NCBI GenBank assembly: GCA_038214755.1
Contig: JBBQRQ010000024.1
Location: 1 to 55,320 of the forward strand
Direction: 5' to 3'
From: Verrucomicrobiota bacterium
Lineage (GTDB): Bacteria; Verrucomicrobiota; Verrucomicrobiia; Limisphaerales; CANJXF01
DNA: 55,320 bases
The translations under genes were made by a program, and so were the position numbers. The notes beneath the pieces were generated by a model, which saw nothing but the letters and a program-made list of their open reading frames with translations, was not told the origin of the DNA and made no database searches. Numbering within the stretch: position 1 is the stretch's first letter; each line of letters begins with the position of its first letter. Shown one piece after another: positions 18,366-28,333 of the stretch.

Positions 18366-20333
18366 TTACTTTGCAGACTTCGCTGCCTTGTCTGGTTCCA
18401 AACTCAACATACCGTCTTTCCGCACCACACCCAGATGCGCATCGATGGCCGCTTCCACCGGGTCGGGGCCGGTCTGGCTGAGGCGACGGCGGATTTCTTT
18501 TCGTAGCCAAATATAAACGGAGTAGTCGGCGTAAGGAGTATTACCGTGCGGCTTGCCGGTGACGGTGTTGATGTCTTCACTGAAGGCGGGGGTGGTGACG
18601 AGTTCCAGCTTGATGCGCTCGATCAAGCGAGCATCGACTTCAGCGGCGGGCAGGCCATGCACAGCGGCGAGGAGGTAATTGCCGGAATCGCAGAAAAACC
18701 ATGATCCACCGTAGCAGTAGGCGCCGTCGTGGCCGGTCAACAACGAACCATCGGCGGCGGAAATGACCCGCAGACCATAAGGAGATTTGACTTTCTCTGA
18801 GGTGCGATAATGCGTCAGCACTTGTTCGTCGGTGAGAACTTTTTTGCCGAAGACAGCGTAAGTAAGCGTGGCGCCATAAAATACATCCTGGCCGAGAATA
18901 TCCTGCTGTTTGAGGCTGGTGGGCATAAAACCGCGGGTCACGTTGAAGATGCTTTGATATGCGGCAATCGCGCGTTCGATGTCTTTGTTCGTCACGGGCA
19001 ATCCGAGTTCTTTGGCGGCCATAAGCGCGCCGCAGTGAAAGCCCTGGTTGCTCGCGGGCGCATCGTCATCGTCGTATTCCAAGACATCCATGTAGGTCTT
19101 CCAACCCTTTGGTTTCGGCACTCCGGCCAGCGGCGGCGGAATGTAGAAGCCGTCCCGTTCATGCTGCCGAATAAATTCATAAGCCCGGCGGACAAGTGGT
19201 TCGTTGACGTTGCCTCCGGCGCGTTTCACCAGCACCGCCCAAATCAAATAATACTGCGCGTTCTCCTCATACTTCATGCGATTCCAGAAGACCGCGCGAT
19301 ACGACTCAATGGTTTTCTCCGGGTCGTCCAACCCCAGCGCGGAGTAGATGCCGGTGCTGACCCATTGCTTCCAACCGTAACTCATGCCCGAAATAAAAAT
19401 GTATTTGCCGTCACGCAGCGCGTTGCTTTCATCGCGCATCAGATTGCGGCGCAGCAGATACAACGACGTGTTGCGCAGGATCGCTTCGAGGGCGGAGGAG
19501 TTCCAACCTTTGCCATTGGCCAGCGCCAGTTGTGCGGCGAGCTGCGCGTCGTAATGCGAACGTGCCGGGCTGGCGAAAAGCCACGTGGTATAACTTCGTG
19601 TTTCGCCCGCGGCCAATGATTGCCAGCCGTCCAACTGATACTGATAACCATCCTGCGCGTCCTCGCCGCCGGGTCCCTTTTTGATGAAGATTGAAGTCGG
19701 CGCGCTACCATCGCCTGTCAGGACAGCGACGCGATTTTCCGGCGGAGGCGCAACCACCACATCGCAACGGTTCTCCCACAGTCCCGGTGAATCGGCGATG
19801 ATTCCGAACACGCGATCCGGAGTGCGCACCATCGCCACAGGAAAAGTTTCCTTCTGGGGCCGCGAGCGTTCCGTTCCGAAAAGAGTCCGCGCCTTGACCG
19901 GTCCGGAGAAGGAAGCGAGTTCTCCCGCCACGGCGACATCGAATGGAAAAGTAACGGAGAATTTCTGTGCTGCCTCCGCTGTCACTTCCAAAGTGCGTTC
20001 CACCAGCGATGGATTTTTTCGCGTGATACGCCAGCGCAGGGTGAGCGCGCCGAGCTTTAGCGGACCAAGTTCGATCACACCATTGCGCTCGGTCTTCGTG
20101 CGGAACTGCACCGGCGCCAACGACGCGCCCGGCAACAGCAGTTCCACTCCCGCAGGCGCAGCATCCGAGGTCTGGCCAACGAGCGTTTTTCCTGACCGAT
20201 ATTCCACACCCATCACGCCGCCCTTTTCGACCAATGCCGGGCGCAGTTCGATACTCCCGGTTTCGCCGGCCTGGACCGCTGAATTCAGCGCCCAAAAGAT
20301 TGCCCCGCTCAAAGCGAGTGAAATGATTTTCAT
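18366..20333 (-). CDS. Secreted hypothetical protein, possibly an (alpha/alpha)6-barrel glycoside hydrolase
   Basis: Sec-type signal MKIISLALSGAIFWALNSAVQA. Helical C-terminal half (NQGFHCGALMAAKELG, SPYGLR, YCYGGSW). The ORF extends in frame to ATG20477 through a Tat-like signal. Confidence 0.55.
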   Translation of the reverse strand: MKIISLALSGAIFWALNSAVQAGETGSIELRPALVEKGGVMGVEYRSGKTLVGQTSDAAPAGVELLLPGASLAPVQFRTKTERNGVIELGPLKLGALTLRWRITRKNPSLVERTLEVTAEAAQKFSVTFPFDVAVAGELASFSGPVKARTLFGTERSRPQKETFPVAMVRTPDRVFGIIADSPGLWENRCDVVVAPPPENRVAVLTGDGSAPTSIFIKKGPGGEDAQDGYQYQLDGWQSLAAGETRSYTTWLFASPARSHYDAQLAAQLALANGKGWNSSALEAILRNTSLYLLRRNLMRDESNALRDGKYIFISGMSYGWKQWVSTGIYSALGLDDPEKTIESYRAVFWNRMKYEENAQYYLIWAVLVKRAGGNVNEPLVRRAYEFIRQHERDGFYIPPPLAGVPKPKGWKTYMDVLEYDDDDAPASNQGFHCGALMAAKELGLPVTNKDIERAIAAYQSIFNVTRGFMPTSLKQQDILGQDVFYGATLTYAVFGKKVLTDEQVLTHYRTSEKVKSPYGLRVISAADGSLLTGHDGAYCYGGSWFFCDSGNYLLAAVHGLPAAEVDARLIERIKLELVTTPAFSEDINTVTGKPHGNTPYADYSVYIWLRKEIRRRLSQTGPDPVEAAIDAHLGVVRKDGMLSLEPDKAAKSAK

Positions 20334-20480
20334 GAAATTTTTCTTAAGTGGACGCATTGACGCGCCGCCCGCCACCGAGCAGGCCAGCGCCACTGCAACG
20401 CGGCGCAAAAATTGTCGTCGATTTATTTGGTGGGTTTCATTTTTCGGCAGAGGAGAAAAACTATTTCGATTCGCCATGGT

Positions 20481-20795
20481 CTATTTGAACTCACCAAAAC
20501 CAAACGCCTTGGAAAGGAGAGTAAATGCAATACCGCCCTTCTCATCGCCTTCGACAAATTCCGTCATGCGCGCGTCCCACTGGGCGAGGATCGGATCTTG
20601 GCGACTGCGATTCCAATGAGCCTCGCTCGGCGCGGCGGCGAAAACGAACAGCCGATTGCCATCGCGATAAATTGCCATGCTGACTTCATTCGCGCGCATT
20701 CCTTCGGCGAGCTGCGGCCAAAGTTCGTTGTGGGCGAGTTTATAATTTTCATAAGCTCCAGGGCGCAGCGTCATCGCAAGTCCGAAGGTGAACAT
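20481..20795 (-). CDS. rhaM: L-rhamnose mutarotase
   Basis: MTLRPGAYENYKLAHNELWP..LFVF..QWDARM; 104 aa; in the same cluster as rhaT. Confidence 0.8.
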   Translation of the reverse strand: MFTFGLAMTLRPGAYENYKLAHNELWPQLAEGMRANEVSMAIYRDGNRLFVFAAAPSEAHWNRSRQDPILAQWDARMTEFVEGDEKGGIAFTLLSKAFGFGEFK

Positions 20796-20810
20796 AATAA
20801 AAATAGTTAA

Positions 20811-20913
20811 GGAGCGCGGCGTTCACGCCGCATCAACGTCGCACTCAAAAGCGATTCAGAAATTTCCATCACTCTCCAAATAGAACATTGAAGCGGCGTG
20901 AACGCCGTGCTCC
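20811..20913. repeat. REP-like inverted doublet
   Basis: GGAGCGCGGCGTTCACGCCGC ... GCGGCGTGAACGCCGTGCTCC. Confidence 0.8.
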
Positions 20914-20940
20914 TTTTTGCATCGTTTAGATTTTTCATCC

Positions 20941-21786
20941 TTAACCAGATTCCATTTTTGCGCGGAGGAAATCGCGGAGTTGAATCGTCTCCGAAAGATT
21001 ATCCACTTCGTTGCAATGCTCCCAATCAATCCAGACATATTCGACGCCGACGTATCCGGAGTATCCAACTTTTTTCATCGCGCGAAGAACGCAAGCATAA
21101 TCAATTTTGTTTTCCTTGAACGAAGTTTGCAAACGGCTTTGGCGCGCGCATCGAGCGTGAAAATGCGAGGCGTGTGCGATGAGCGGCTCAACGGCGCTGT
21201 CGGGCAGACCGTCGCGAGTGAAATGCGTGTAGTCGAGTGTGAGCGTCAGGCCGGGAACATCGCGCACGAGTTGCCACGCGGCTTTTGGATTGGGCGCAAT
21301 CGAGCCGACATGGGCTTCGACGCCGAAAATAATTTTATTTTTTTTCGATTGCTCAACGCGCCACGCCAGCTCAACACAGGTGCGTTGCCATGAGTCTGCG
21401 GGTTTTTCATTTTCAAAATAAACTCCCGGCAATGTGGTGACGTGTCGCGCGCCGCAAGCATTCGCGTAGTCCAAAGTTTTTAGAAACCAATCGCGGGCGT
21501 GACCCCGCCGCTTTGCTTCAGGATGATTGATGGCATAAGAAGTAAAATTTGGATCCATCTGAAGAAAAATATCCGCGCAACGCAGACCGCGATCCGCGAG
21601 TTTGCGGCCAAGTGCTTTTCCAGATTTCGTGAGAGACTTGAATTCTCGTGAAGGCCAAAGATGCGAACGGCCTTCAAATAATCCAATGTCCACGCCGTCG
21701 AATTCCAGCATCGAAATTAAATCCAGGACGCAGTTGTGCGGCAGCAACGGAAAAGTAAAATCCGCGCAGGCAAGTTTCAGTTTCAT
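20941..21786 (-). CDS. Sugar phosphate isomerase/epimerase (xylose-isomerase-like TIM barrel)
   Basis: EFDGVDI, GVEAH, LDYTHF, HFHAR, GYSGYVGVEY metal ligands. Confidence 0.8.
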   Translation of the reverse strand: MKLKLACADFTFPLLPHNCVLDLISMLEFDGVDIGLFEGRSHLWPSREFKSLTKSGKALGRKLADRGLRCADIFLQMDPNFTSYAINHPEAKRRGHARDWFLKTLDYANACGARHVTTLPGVYFENEKPADSWQRTCVELAWRVEQSKKNKIIFGVEAHVGSIAPNPKAAWQLVRDVPGLTLTLDYTHFTRDGLPDSAVEPLIAHASHFHARCARQSRLQTSFKENKIDYACVLRAMKKVGYSGYVGVEYVWIDWEHCNEVDNLSETIQLRDFLRAKMESG

Positions 21787-21801
21787 GTAGGTCCCTCTTC
21801 C

Positions 21802-21904
21802 AAAAGCGGTAGAGGACTACCGCACTCCAAGACGCTACCGCGAATTTCAATGCGGCACGGACAGCGCGAAGCGTCTTGGAGTGCGCCAGTCCTCTGGCGC
21901 TTTA
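21802..21904. repeat. REP-like inverted doublet
   Basis: AAAGCGGTAGAGGACTACCGCACTCCAAGACGCT ... AGCGTCTTGGAGTGCGCCAGTCCTCTGGCGCTTT. Confidence 0.85.
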
Positions 21905-21925
21905 GCCAACGCGCTCCCAAAGGCT

Positions 21926-22756
21926 TCACAGTTTATTTCTCCCAGCTTTGGCGCGCGCCATAAATGCAGTTCGCCCGTTTGTTTGCCACTCTGCCGCCGT
22001 GAGATAACCGGCATCAATGATTTGCGTCGTGCCGGTGACGCCTGAAGAATCTTCACAACTGAGAAACAAAATTGTTTTCGCCACGTCGTCGGGCATGAGC
22101 GCGACACCCATCGGCACACGGCGCAAGCGCGCGGCGAGAGCGGCTTCTGGATTGCGATGAGCATTCAAATGTGCGCGCAACATCGGCGTGTCGGTGATGC
22201 CGGGACAGACGCAGTTGCAACGAATTCCATCCACCGCGTAATCGAGCGCGATGGATTTTGTCAGCCCGACAATTGCGTGTTTTGTCGTTGTATAAACTGG
22301 AGTCAAAGCTTGTCCGACGAAGCTGCTGATGGAACCAACATTGACGATGTAACCACGTTTGCTCCGGCGCAAATGCGGGATCGCGTGCTTGGCGGCGAAG
22401 AACATGGATTTCAAATTCACATCCATCACATGGTCCCACTCGCGCTCGGTGTATTCGTGGAGCAGTTTGATGTGAACCATGCCCGCGTTGTTGACGACGA
22501 TGTCGAGACTTCCAAAATGTTTGACGGTTTGCTGAATGGAATCGCGGACTTGTTTTTCGCTGGTTACATCGCAGGCAATCGCCAGAGCTTCGCCGCCTTG
22601 AGATTTTATTTCCGCCGCGATTTTTTTGCTCAACGCCAGGCGCCTTCCAATAATCGCAACCTTCGCGCCTTCGCGCGCAAACAATCGCGCCGTCGCTTCG
22701 CCGATGCCTGACGTGGCGCCACTGATCCACGCAACTTTGTTTTCGAGTCTGTTCAT
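21926..22756 (-). CDS. SDR-family NAD(P)-dependent oxidoreductase (candidate sugar 1-dehydrogenase)
   Basis: SGATSGIG, NNAG, YTTTK, CPG..DTPM. The start is re-called to ATG22756. Confidence 0.9.
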   Translation of the reverse strand: MNRLENKVAWISGATSGIGEATARLFAREGAKVAIIGRRLALSKKIAAEIKSQGGEALAIACDVTSEKQVRDSIQQTVKHFGSLDIVVNNAGMVHIKLLHEYTEREWDHVMDVNLKSMFFAAKHAIPHLRRSKRGYIVNVGSISSFVGQALTPVYTTTKHAIVGLTKSIALDYAVDGIRCNCVCPGITDTPMLRAHLNAHRNPEAALAARLRRVPMGVALMPDDVAKTILFLSCEDSSGVTGTTQIIDAGYLTAAEWQTNGRTAFMARAKAGRNKL

Positions 22757-22791
22757 AAAAATTAAATCCGGTTGCGTTGTGCGCGGCGGCG

Positions 22792-24702
22792 TCATCGTAA
22801 AGAAATTTTTATCACGCCGTAAGCGGGAACATTTGTCAGCCCGATCGCCGTCACGCCAGTTTCCGTGGACAACGACAGAGTTTTCGTTTCCTGATCGCCG
22901 GGAATCAAAAGTTGCGCCGTCGTGATGGCAGGGCGGAACGTTTCCGGCAACCGCAACGTCACGGCTTTGGCGGTAGGCTGATGACGGACGAGATGCAACA
23001 GCAGGTTTTTTCCCTGGCGATACACCACGACTTCAACGCCCGACTCCGGCGCGATCTGAAACGAGACTGGCTGCGTGAGTTGAAGCGCGGTTTTCGCAAA
23101 CTCACCGGGCGCGGGCGCAACGACCTTGCCACGGCCAACGGAAATTATTTTCACCGGCGCGGTTTTCAAATCCAGCGCACGCCAGAGAGAAGAATCAGTT
23201 CGCTTGCGTCCAAGTTCATCGTAAGCGCCGGTGTCTGCTGCGGCCACCAGCGTCCCGCCTTTGCGAACCCACTTGGCCAACACGCCCGCACTTTCATCGT
23301 TGAGGCAGGCGGCGGTTTCTACCGTGAGAAAACGGAAGGGGCGAAGTTGTTTGGCGGAAAAGTTTTCGTCGCGCAAACCGATGACCGGGGTCCCGGCGGA
23401 TTGCAGGGCAGACAAGTGCGGCGGAATCAACGGACGCTTCAGAACGTTGCGCGAGTTGGGAGAAATGAGCGTGACCACGCCCGCCCAACGTTCGCCCGTG
23501 AAAAGTTCCTGATGCGTCGCGTGCCAGCCGAGCAGACGCGACATTTCTTTTCGCGCGGCGGCATCAGTCGTCCCAAGATCAAATCCATCCACGATCCACG
23601 GACGCGCCGCGTGCGCCAGCGTGGCGGCAATCATCGGACTGATAGTTCCTGCGGGCAGCAAACCGGTGTAATCATCCGGCTTGGAAAATGTGCCGATGTA
23701 ATTCCACAACGGACGGCCCGCCGCCAGCGCGTGGCCCAGCACCATTTTTTCCGAGGTCTGGCGCGAGTTCAGCCCGACGGTTTCAGACAACAAAACGTCT
23801 TCGCGCTCATATTGAAAATCCGTTCCCAACATTCCCGTTTCAAAAAGAAATTGTGTGTTGGCGAAGAACATGATCTTTGAATTCTCCTTTCGCAAACGCG
23901 CGCGAAAAGTTTCATTCACTTCCGCCCACACGCGATTGCGCCAGTGCATCCAGAGCGAAAACAACGGCCCGGCTTCGGTGGGAATCATCAATTCACTGGG
24001 CGCAATTCCGAACAGCCGCTTCGTTTTCTCCACGCCACAACGACGCCCCACGTATTCGCGAAACGCTTTCTTGCAGGAATCGCAATGACAAGTCCACCCG
24101 CCCTCCGCGAAAAAAAACTGGTTGTTGTCCAGCATGATTCCGTCGGCGTGATACTCTCGCGCGATGCGCACAGCGCGAGTCAACGCCGCGTCACGCGCAC
24201 TGGTGTTGGGACACAACCACGGCACGCCCCAGACCATGACCGGATTTCCCTTGGGATCGCGTTGCAACCAATCGGGATGTTCGCGCTTGATTTTTTCGCT
24301 CATGAAATCGGGCGACAATCCCAACGCCATGACCGACGTGTAAAGAATCAGCCGATAACCTTCCGCGCGATACGCCGCCACGCCCGCGCGAAATTGTTCG
24401 TCCTTGAGTCCGTGCGCGGCGCGATTTTTCAAGTCGGGAGAAACGTTGTGCGCGTCCGTCGGCAAAACGATGATGGCGTTGAAACCAAAATCTTTTTTCA
24501 AACGCGCGGGACGGTCGCCCGGATTTGCCAGCGCGACGAATTGTGAAAGAGCGTAAGGCTGGAGAATATTTGCTTCGCGCAACCACGCCGCGCGATTGGG
24601 CGGCGAGGCGGATAATGGCAGGTCACGCGGGATCGACTCGAGCGAATCAGCGTGAAGGTTAAGTGCAAACAGTGCGCAGAAAGTTGCAGCGAACAATTTC
24701 AT
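22792..24702 (-). CDS. Secreted GH42/GHL6-like glycoside hydrolase with a trimerisation (GATase1-like) domain
   Basis: Signal MKLFAATFCALFALNLHA, EHPDWLQRD, LCPN, ADGIMLDN, CHCDSC, WVRKGGTLVA..TGAYDELG. Confidence 0.7.
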   Translation of the reverse strand: MKLFAATFCALFALNLHADSLESIPRDLPLSASPPNRAAWLREANILQPYALSQFVALANPGDRPARLKKDFGFNAIIVLPTDAHNVSPDLKNRAAHGLKDEQFRAGVAAYRAEGYRLILYTSVMALGLSPDFMSEKIKREHPDWLQRDPKGNPVMVWGVPWLCPNTSARDAALTRAVRIAREYHADGIMLDNNQFFFAEGGWTCHCDSCKKAFREYVGRRCGVEKTKRLFGIAPSELMIPTEAGPLFSLWMHWRNRVWAEVNETFRARLRKENSKIMFFANTQFLFETGMLGTDFQYEREDVLLSETVGLNSRQTSEKMVLGHALAAGRPLWNYIGTFSKPDDYTGLLPAGTISPMIAATLAHAARPWIVDGFDLGTTDAAARKEMSRLLGWHATHQELFTGERWAGVVTLISPNSRNVLKRPLIPPHLSALQSAGTPVIGLRDENFSAKQLRPFRFLTVETAACLNDESAGVLAKWVRKGGTLVAAADTGAYDELGRKRTDSSLWRALDLKTAPVKIISVGRGKVVAPAPGEFAKTALQLTQPVSFQIAPESGVEVVVYRQGKNLLLHLVRHQPTAKAVTLRLPETFRPAITTAQLLIPGDQETKTLSLSTETGVTAIGLTNVPAYGVIKISLR

Positions 24703-24710
24703 GTTTGAAA

Positions 24711-25751
24711 TTATTTTGCGATGAACCGTTCCCACTTTGTTTTGAAAAACGGGCGGTCAAAAAGTTCCGGGTTCAACACGCCGTTTGGTTTTTTCCCCAA
24801 CGATAAATCGACCATTACCTGACAGGCGGCGCGCCCGATGTCGCGGAACAATTCGTCCGTCCACGCGATGCTGTGTGGGGCGAGCAAAACATTATCCAGT
24901 TCCGCAAAACGGTTCGGCGACGTGACGGGTTCTTCCGCGAAACAATCAAGCGCCGCTCCCGCGATGCGATTATTTTTCAACGAGTCGTAAAGCGCGTTCT
25001 CTTCCACGATGCCGCCGCGCGCCGTGTTCAGTAAATATGAGTCGGGCTTCATCAACGCCAATTCCCGCGCGCCGATGAGTCCGCGAGTTTTTTCGGTGAG
25101 CGGACAATGGACGGAAACAAAATCGGACTGCTTCAATAATTCTTCGAGACTCACCAGACGCGCGCCTGCTTTCGCCGCTATTTCTTCGGTCGCGAATGGA
25201 TCGAAGGCGAGCGGTTGCTTCATTCCAAAACCGCGAAGCAGTTCAATTGTTTTTCGCGCAATGCCGCCGAGTCCAATCACGCCAAGCGTTCTATCCCGTA
25301 ATTCGCGGCCCATATATTTGGAACGTTCATCCCATTGGCCGGTGCGCACGAGTTTGTCTTTGATGTGAACATTGTGACTCAGCGCAATCATCCAACCGAT
25401 GACGGCTTCGGCAACGGGACGATCCACCGCGCCGGTTGTGATTGTCACCAGGACGTCTGCGGCGGTGCAGGCTTTCACATCGACGGCGTCGTATCCCACA
25501 CCAAACCGCGCAATAACCAAAAAATTTTCCGACTTCGACACGCTTTCGGCTGTCACCGACGGCGTCAGCACAATCACACCTTGCGCGTTGCTAATTTGAT
25601 CCGCGCCGATTTGTTTCTGATGCTCTTTGAAAACGTGTTGCTTGACGTGTGGATGTTCCGCCAACACCGACAAACCGATGTCGCGATATTTCGACGCGCC
25701 GTTGCTGTCGTAAAAATCGGCGGTGAGCGCGACGGTGAAATCTTTTTTCAT
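24711..25751 (-). CDS. D-isomer-specific 2-hydroxyacid dehydrogenase
   Basis: ARFGVGYD, GVIGLGGIA, DFVSVHCPL, NTARG, DCFAEEP, APH. Confidence 0.9.
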   Translation of the reverse strand: MKKDFTVALTADFYDSNGASKYRDIGLSVLAEHPHVKQHVFKEHQKQIGADQISNAQGVIVLTPSVTAESVSKSENFLVIARFGVGYDAVDVKACTAADVLVTITTGAVDRPVAEAVIGWMIALSHNVHIKDKLVRTGQWDERSKYMGRELRDRTLGVIGLGGIARKTIELLRGFGMKQPLAFDPFATEEIAAKAGARLVSLEELLKQSDFVSVHCPLTEKTRGLIGARELALMKPDSYLLNTARGGIVEENALYDSLKNNRIAGAALDCFAEEPVTSPNRFAELDNVLLAPHSIAWTDELFRDIGRAACQVMVDLSLGKKPNGVLNPELFDRPFFKTKWERFIAK

Positions 25752-25766
25752 GCGGCGGTTATCCAA

Positions 25767-26558
25767 TCAAAACCAAATGTGCGGAGAAGGTTTTGCGCCC
25801 AATTCTTTGAAGGCGTTGTTGATGGAACGAATCATCATCCCGGCATCCGAGCCAAGTCCGATGAGATTGAAATTTTGATCGCGACGCTTACAAGCATCGC
25901 CGGGATCAAGGCTCATGATACCTGAACCGATTCCAAGTTGTTGCGCGCGTTCGCGGATTTTTAAAATTAAATCCGCCATGCCGGGGCCTTCCCATTCTCC
26001 GAGATGGCCGTGGCTTGCGGATAAATCTGCGGGACCGAAAAAAATAAATTCCAAGCCGGGAACGCCTAAAATTTCCTCGATGTTTTCCGCCGCTTCGCGC
26101 GTTTCGATGAGCGGAATGATGAGCGTATTGTTGTCGGCATCTTTCAAATAATCTTGAAACGCCATACCCCATTTTACCGCACGTTCGCCGCCGACACCGC
26201 GCGCGCCCTTGGTGGGATAACGTCCATGTTGAAATCCCAATTCCAGTTCCGCTCGGGTGCGAATCAGCGGCAACAACACACCGTGTGCGCCGATGTCGAG
26301 CGCGCGTTTGATATTGCTTTGCGAAAGTTCCGGGACGCGCACGAACACCGCGGTTTCCGTTCCGCGCACCGTGCGGACATGCTCCATCACTTCGCGCCAA
26401 TCGAGATGACCGTGTTCCATGTCCACGCAAATCCAATCGAGACCCAGCGTAGTCGCGATCTCGGTGACGCTCGGCGCTTCCAGCGTGATCCATAGACCGT
26501 AGAGCGGTTCATTGGATTTAACTTTGCGACGCAGTTTTTCGATGGCGGGAATTTTCAT
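25767..26558 (-). CDS. HpcH/HpaI class II aldolase (candidate 2-keto-3-deoxy-sugar-acid aldolase)
   Basis: DWICVDMEHG, VRVP, ALDIGAHG, YPTKGARG, IETREA, FFGPADLS. ATG26558 overlaps the rhaT stop, so the longer N-terminus in the ORF track is spurious. Confidence 0.9.
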   Translation of the reverse strand: MKIPAIEKLRRKVKSNEPLYGLWITLEAPSVTEIATTLGLDWICVDMEHGHLDWREVMEHVRTVRGTETAVFVRVPELSQSNIKRALDIGAHGVLLPLIRTRAELELGFQHGRYPTKGARGVGGERAVKWGMAFQDYLKDADNNTLIIPLIETREAAENIEEILGVPGLEFIFFGPADLSASHGHLGEWEGPGMADLILKIRERAQQLGIGSGIMSLDPGDACKRRDQNFNLIGLGSDAGMMIRSINNAFKELGAKPSPHIWF

Positions 26559-27685
26559 TTGGCAGATTCGGAAACGGTTGATGTCGTGTTCTCCTTGGCG
26601 AGGTAATTGCCATAGCCGATGACCACGGTGGACGACACCAATACAAACAATCCCAATCGCATCAACCAGTGCGTCCGTTTGCTGACGCCTTTCCACTCGG
26701 AAAGATAAACTCCCAGCAATGTTCCAAAGATGATGATGCTCGCCATGTGCAACGTCCAACTGGAGAAATCGTATTTGCCCATCTTGGTCGTGCCCATGCC
26801 GTAGAAGAAAAATTGGAGATACCAAAGTGTGCCAGCGATGGCGCAGAGAATGTAATTGGCGAGCAATGGAACTCGTCCGGTTCGCGCAGGATTTTCCACA
26901 TTCCGCGTTCCGCGTTCCGCATTCCGCGTTCGGAAATAGTCGCCGCCTGTTTTGTTGCGGACGTTCAGAAAAACACACCAGATAAAATTCGTCGCGAAAC
27001 CGCCGGACAAAATAATGATGAGCACCGGAAGATTTTTCCACAGATCGGAAGATCCGTTCGTCACCGCGAGTTCGGCGATGGGTTTCCCCGCCGCAAAACC
27101 ATACGACATGCACGCGCTCATGATGCCGCAAAACGTCGCGACCCAGACGCCTTTCTTGAAACTGAATTCTTTGACGGTCGCCGTTTTTTCTTTTTCGGGC
27201 AGCTCCCGTTCCTTGGCGATGCCCGCAAAGCCGCTGATGACGATGCCAAGCAGACACACGACCACGCCGCCCATTACGATGAGGCCGGAAGTGGTCTTGA
27301 TGACTCCGGCGAATTCTCCGTTAAAAATTGGCGGCAGCAATGTCCCGAACGCCGCGCAATAGCCGAGCGCCATCGCCGTGCCGAGGGCGAAGCCGAGATA
27401 GCGAACCGTGAGGCCGAACGTCGCGCCGCCCACGCCCCACAACATGCCGAAGAAGAAACTCCAGAAGAGACTGCGCGCCGGAGCGTGCTGCAAAGTCGTC
27501 AGGAGATTCGGCACAGCGAGATACGCGATGATCCACGGCGCAACAATCCAACTGAACACCCCGCCGACGATCCAATAACTTTCCCACGACCAATGTTTGA
27601 CCTTGCGATACGGCAGATAAAAAATCGCCGACATCAACCCGCCGATGGCATGGAGCGCGACGCCGAGTGGAGGGTTGGGAATCAT
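26555..27685 (-). CDS. rhaT: L-rhamnose/proton symporter
   Basis: FYLPYRKVKHWSWESYW, WGVGG, GTLLPP, GIMSACM, LWYLQFFFYGMG, SWTLHMA, EWKG. Confidence 0.93.
   Translation of the reverse strand: MIPNPPLGVALHAIGGLMSAIFYLPYRKVKHWSWESYWIVGGVFSWIVAPWIIAYLAVPNLLTTLQHAPARSLFWSFFFGMLWGVGGATFGLTVRYLGFALGTAMALGYCAAFGTLLPPIFNGEFAGVIKTTSGLIVMGGVVVCLLGIVISGFAGIAKERELPEKEKTATVKEFSFKKGVWVATFCGIMSACMSYGFAAGKPIAELAVTNGSSDLWKNLPVLIIILSGGFATNFIWCVFLNVRNKTGGDYFRTRNAERGTRNVENPARTGRVPLLANYILCAIAGTLWYLQFFFYGMGTTKMGKYDFSSWTLHMASIIIFGTLLGVYLSEWKGVSKRTHWLMRLGLFVLVSSTVVIGYGNYLAKENTTSTVSESAK
26894..26931. repeat. TTCCGCR heptamer array inside rhaT
   Basis: TTCCACA TTCCGCG TTCCGCG TTCCGCA TTCCGCG, encoding the loop RTRNAERGTRNVE. 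Confidence 0.8.
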
Positions 27686-27700
27686 ATTAAAATTCTGTTT

Positions 27701-28276
27701 TTGTCCCGAAGGGACTTCCGAGAATAGCCCGACGTTTCAACGTCGGGTGCTGGCGAATGACAAATAAGTCCCGAAGGGACGAATGAAATTTTAATCTTGT
27801 ATCCGGTCAGCCGTCCCTTCGGGACTCGTTCTTTCTCTGACAAAACCCGGCGTTGAAACGCCGGGCTATTTTCATCATGTCCCTTCGGGACAAGAAATTC
27901 TGGATTCCTGAACGGCGTAATCTCTAGCTTGATAATTTCACGTCTGCGCGACGGGTTTTGCAGCCGAATCCCAACGGGATTCAATCCATTAGCCCAGGGT
28001 TGCCAGGCACGAGCTACCCTGGGAAAGATGTTAAAAAATAATTTCAACCCCAACGGGGTTGCATCAAATCGGAACGATTGAAGAAGGCTGCAACCCCGTT
28101 GGGGTTGTTTATTTATTTGTCGGTTCACCCAGGGTAGCTCGTGCCTCGCAACCCTTGGCTGAGTGATGCAATCCCTTTGGGATTGTCGAATTCCCGCAGG
28201 TTTCGAGAAGCCGTTGAAACGGCTGAATCTCTCCTCGCGCGCGGCGCACCGAGCTATGGCCACGATGTTAATGAGA
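27701..28276. repeat. Cluster of three different palindromic (REPIN/BIME-like) elements
   Basis: 27701-27893: GTCCCGAAGGGAC x2 with GTCCCTTCGGGAC x2 and CGTTTCAACG loops. 27967-28184: AATCCCAACGGGATT, CAACCCCAACGGGGTTG and their inverses. 28205-28276: GCCGTTGAAACGGC..GTTAATGAGA. Confidence 0.85.
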
Positions 28277-28333
28277 AACACTTTTTCGTTTTTCAAAATG
28301 AACAAATGAGTTTTCACACAGGCTCGCGCATGG

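Noticed and set aside
26559..27257. N-terminal 233 aa of the 496-aa aldolase ORF, suggesting a fusion
   Set aside because: It overlaps rhaT in another frame; the real start is ATG26558, coupled to the rhaT stop.
27701..28184. Possible CRISPR array
   Set aside because: Repeats occur in inverted orientation with irregular spacing, there are no unique equal-length spacers, and there are no cas genes.
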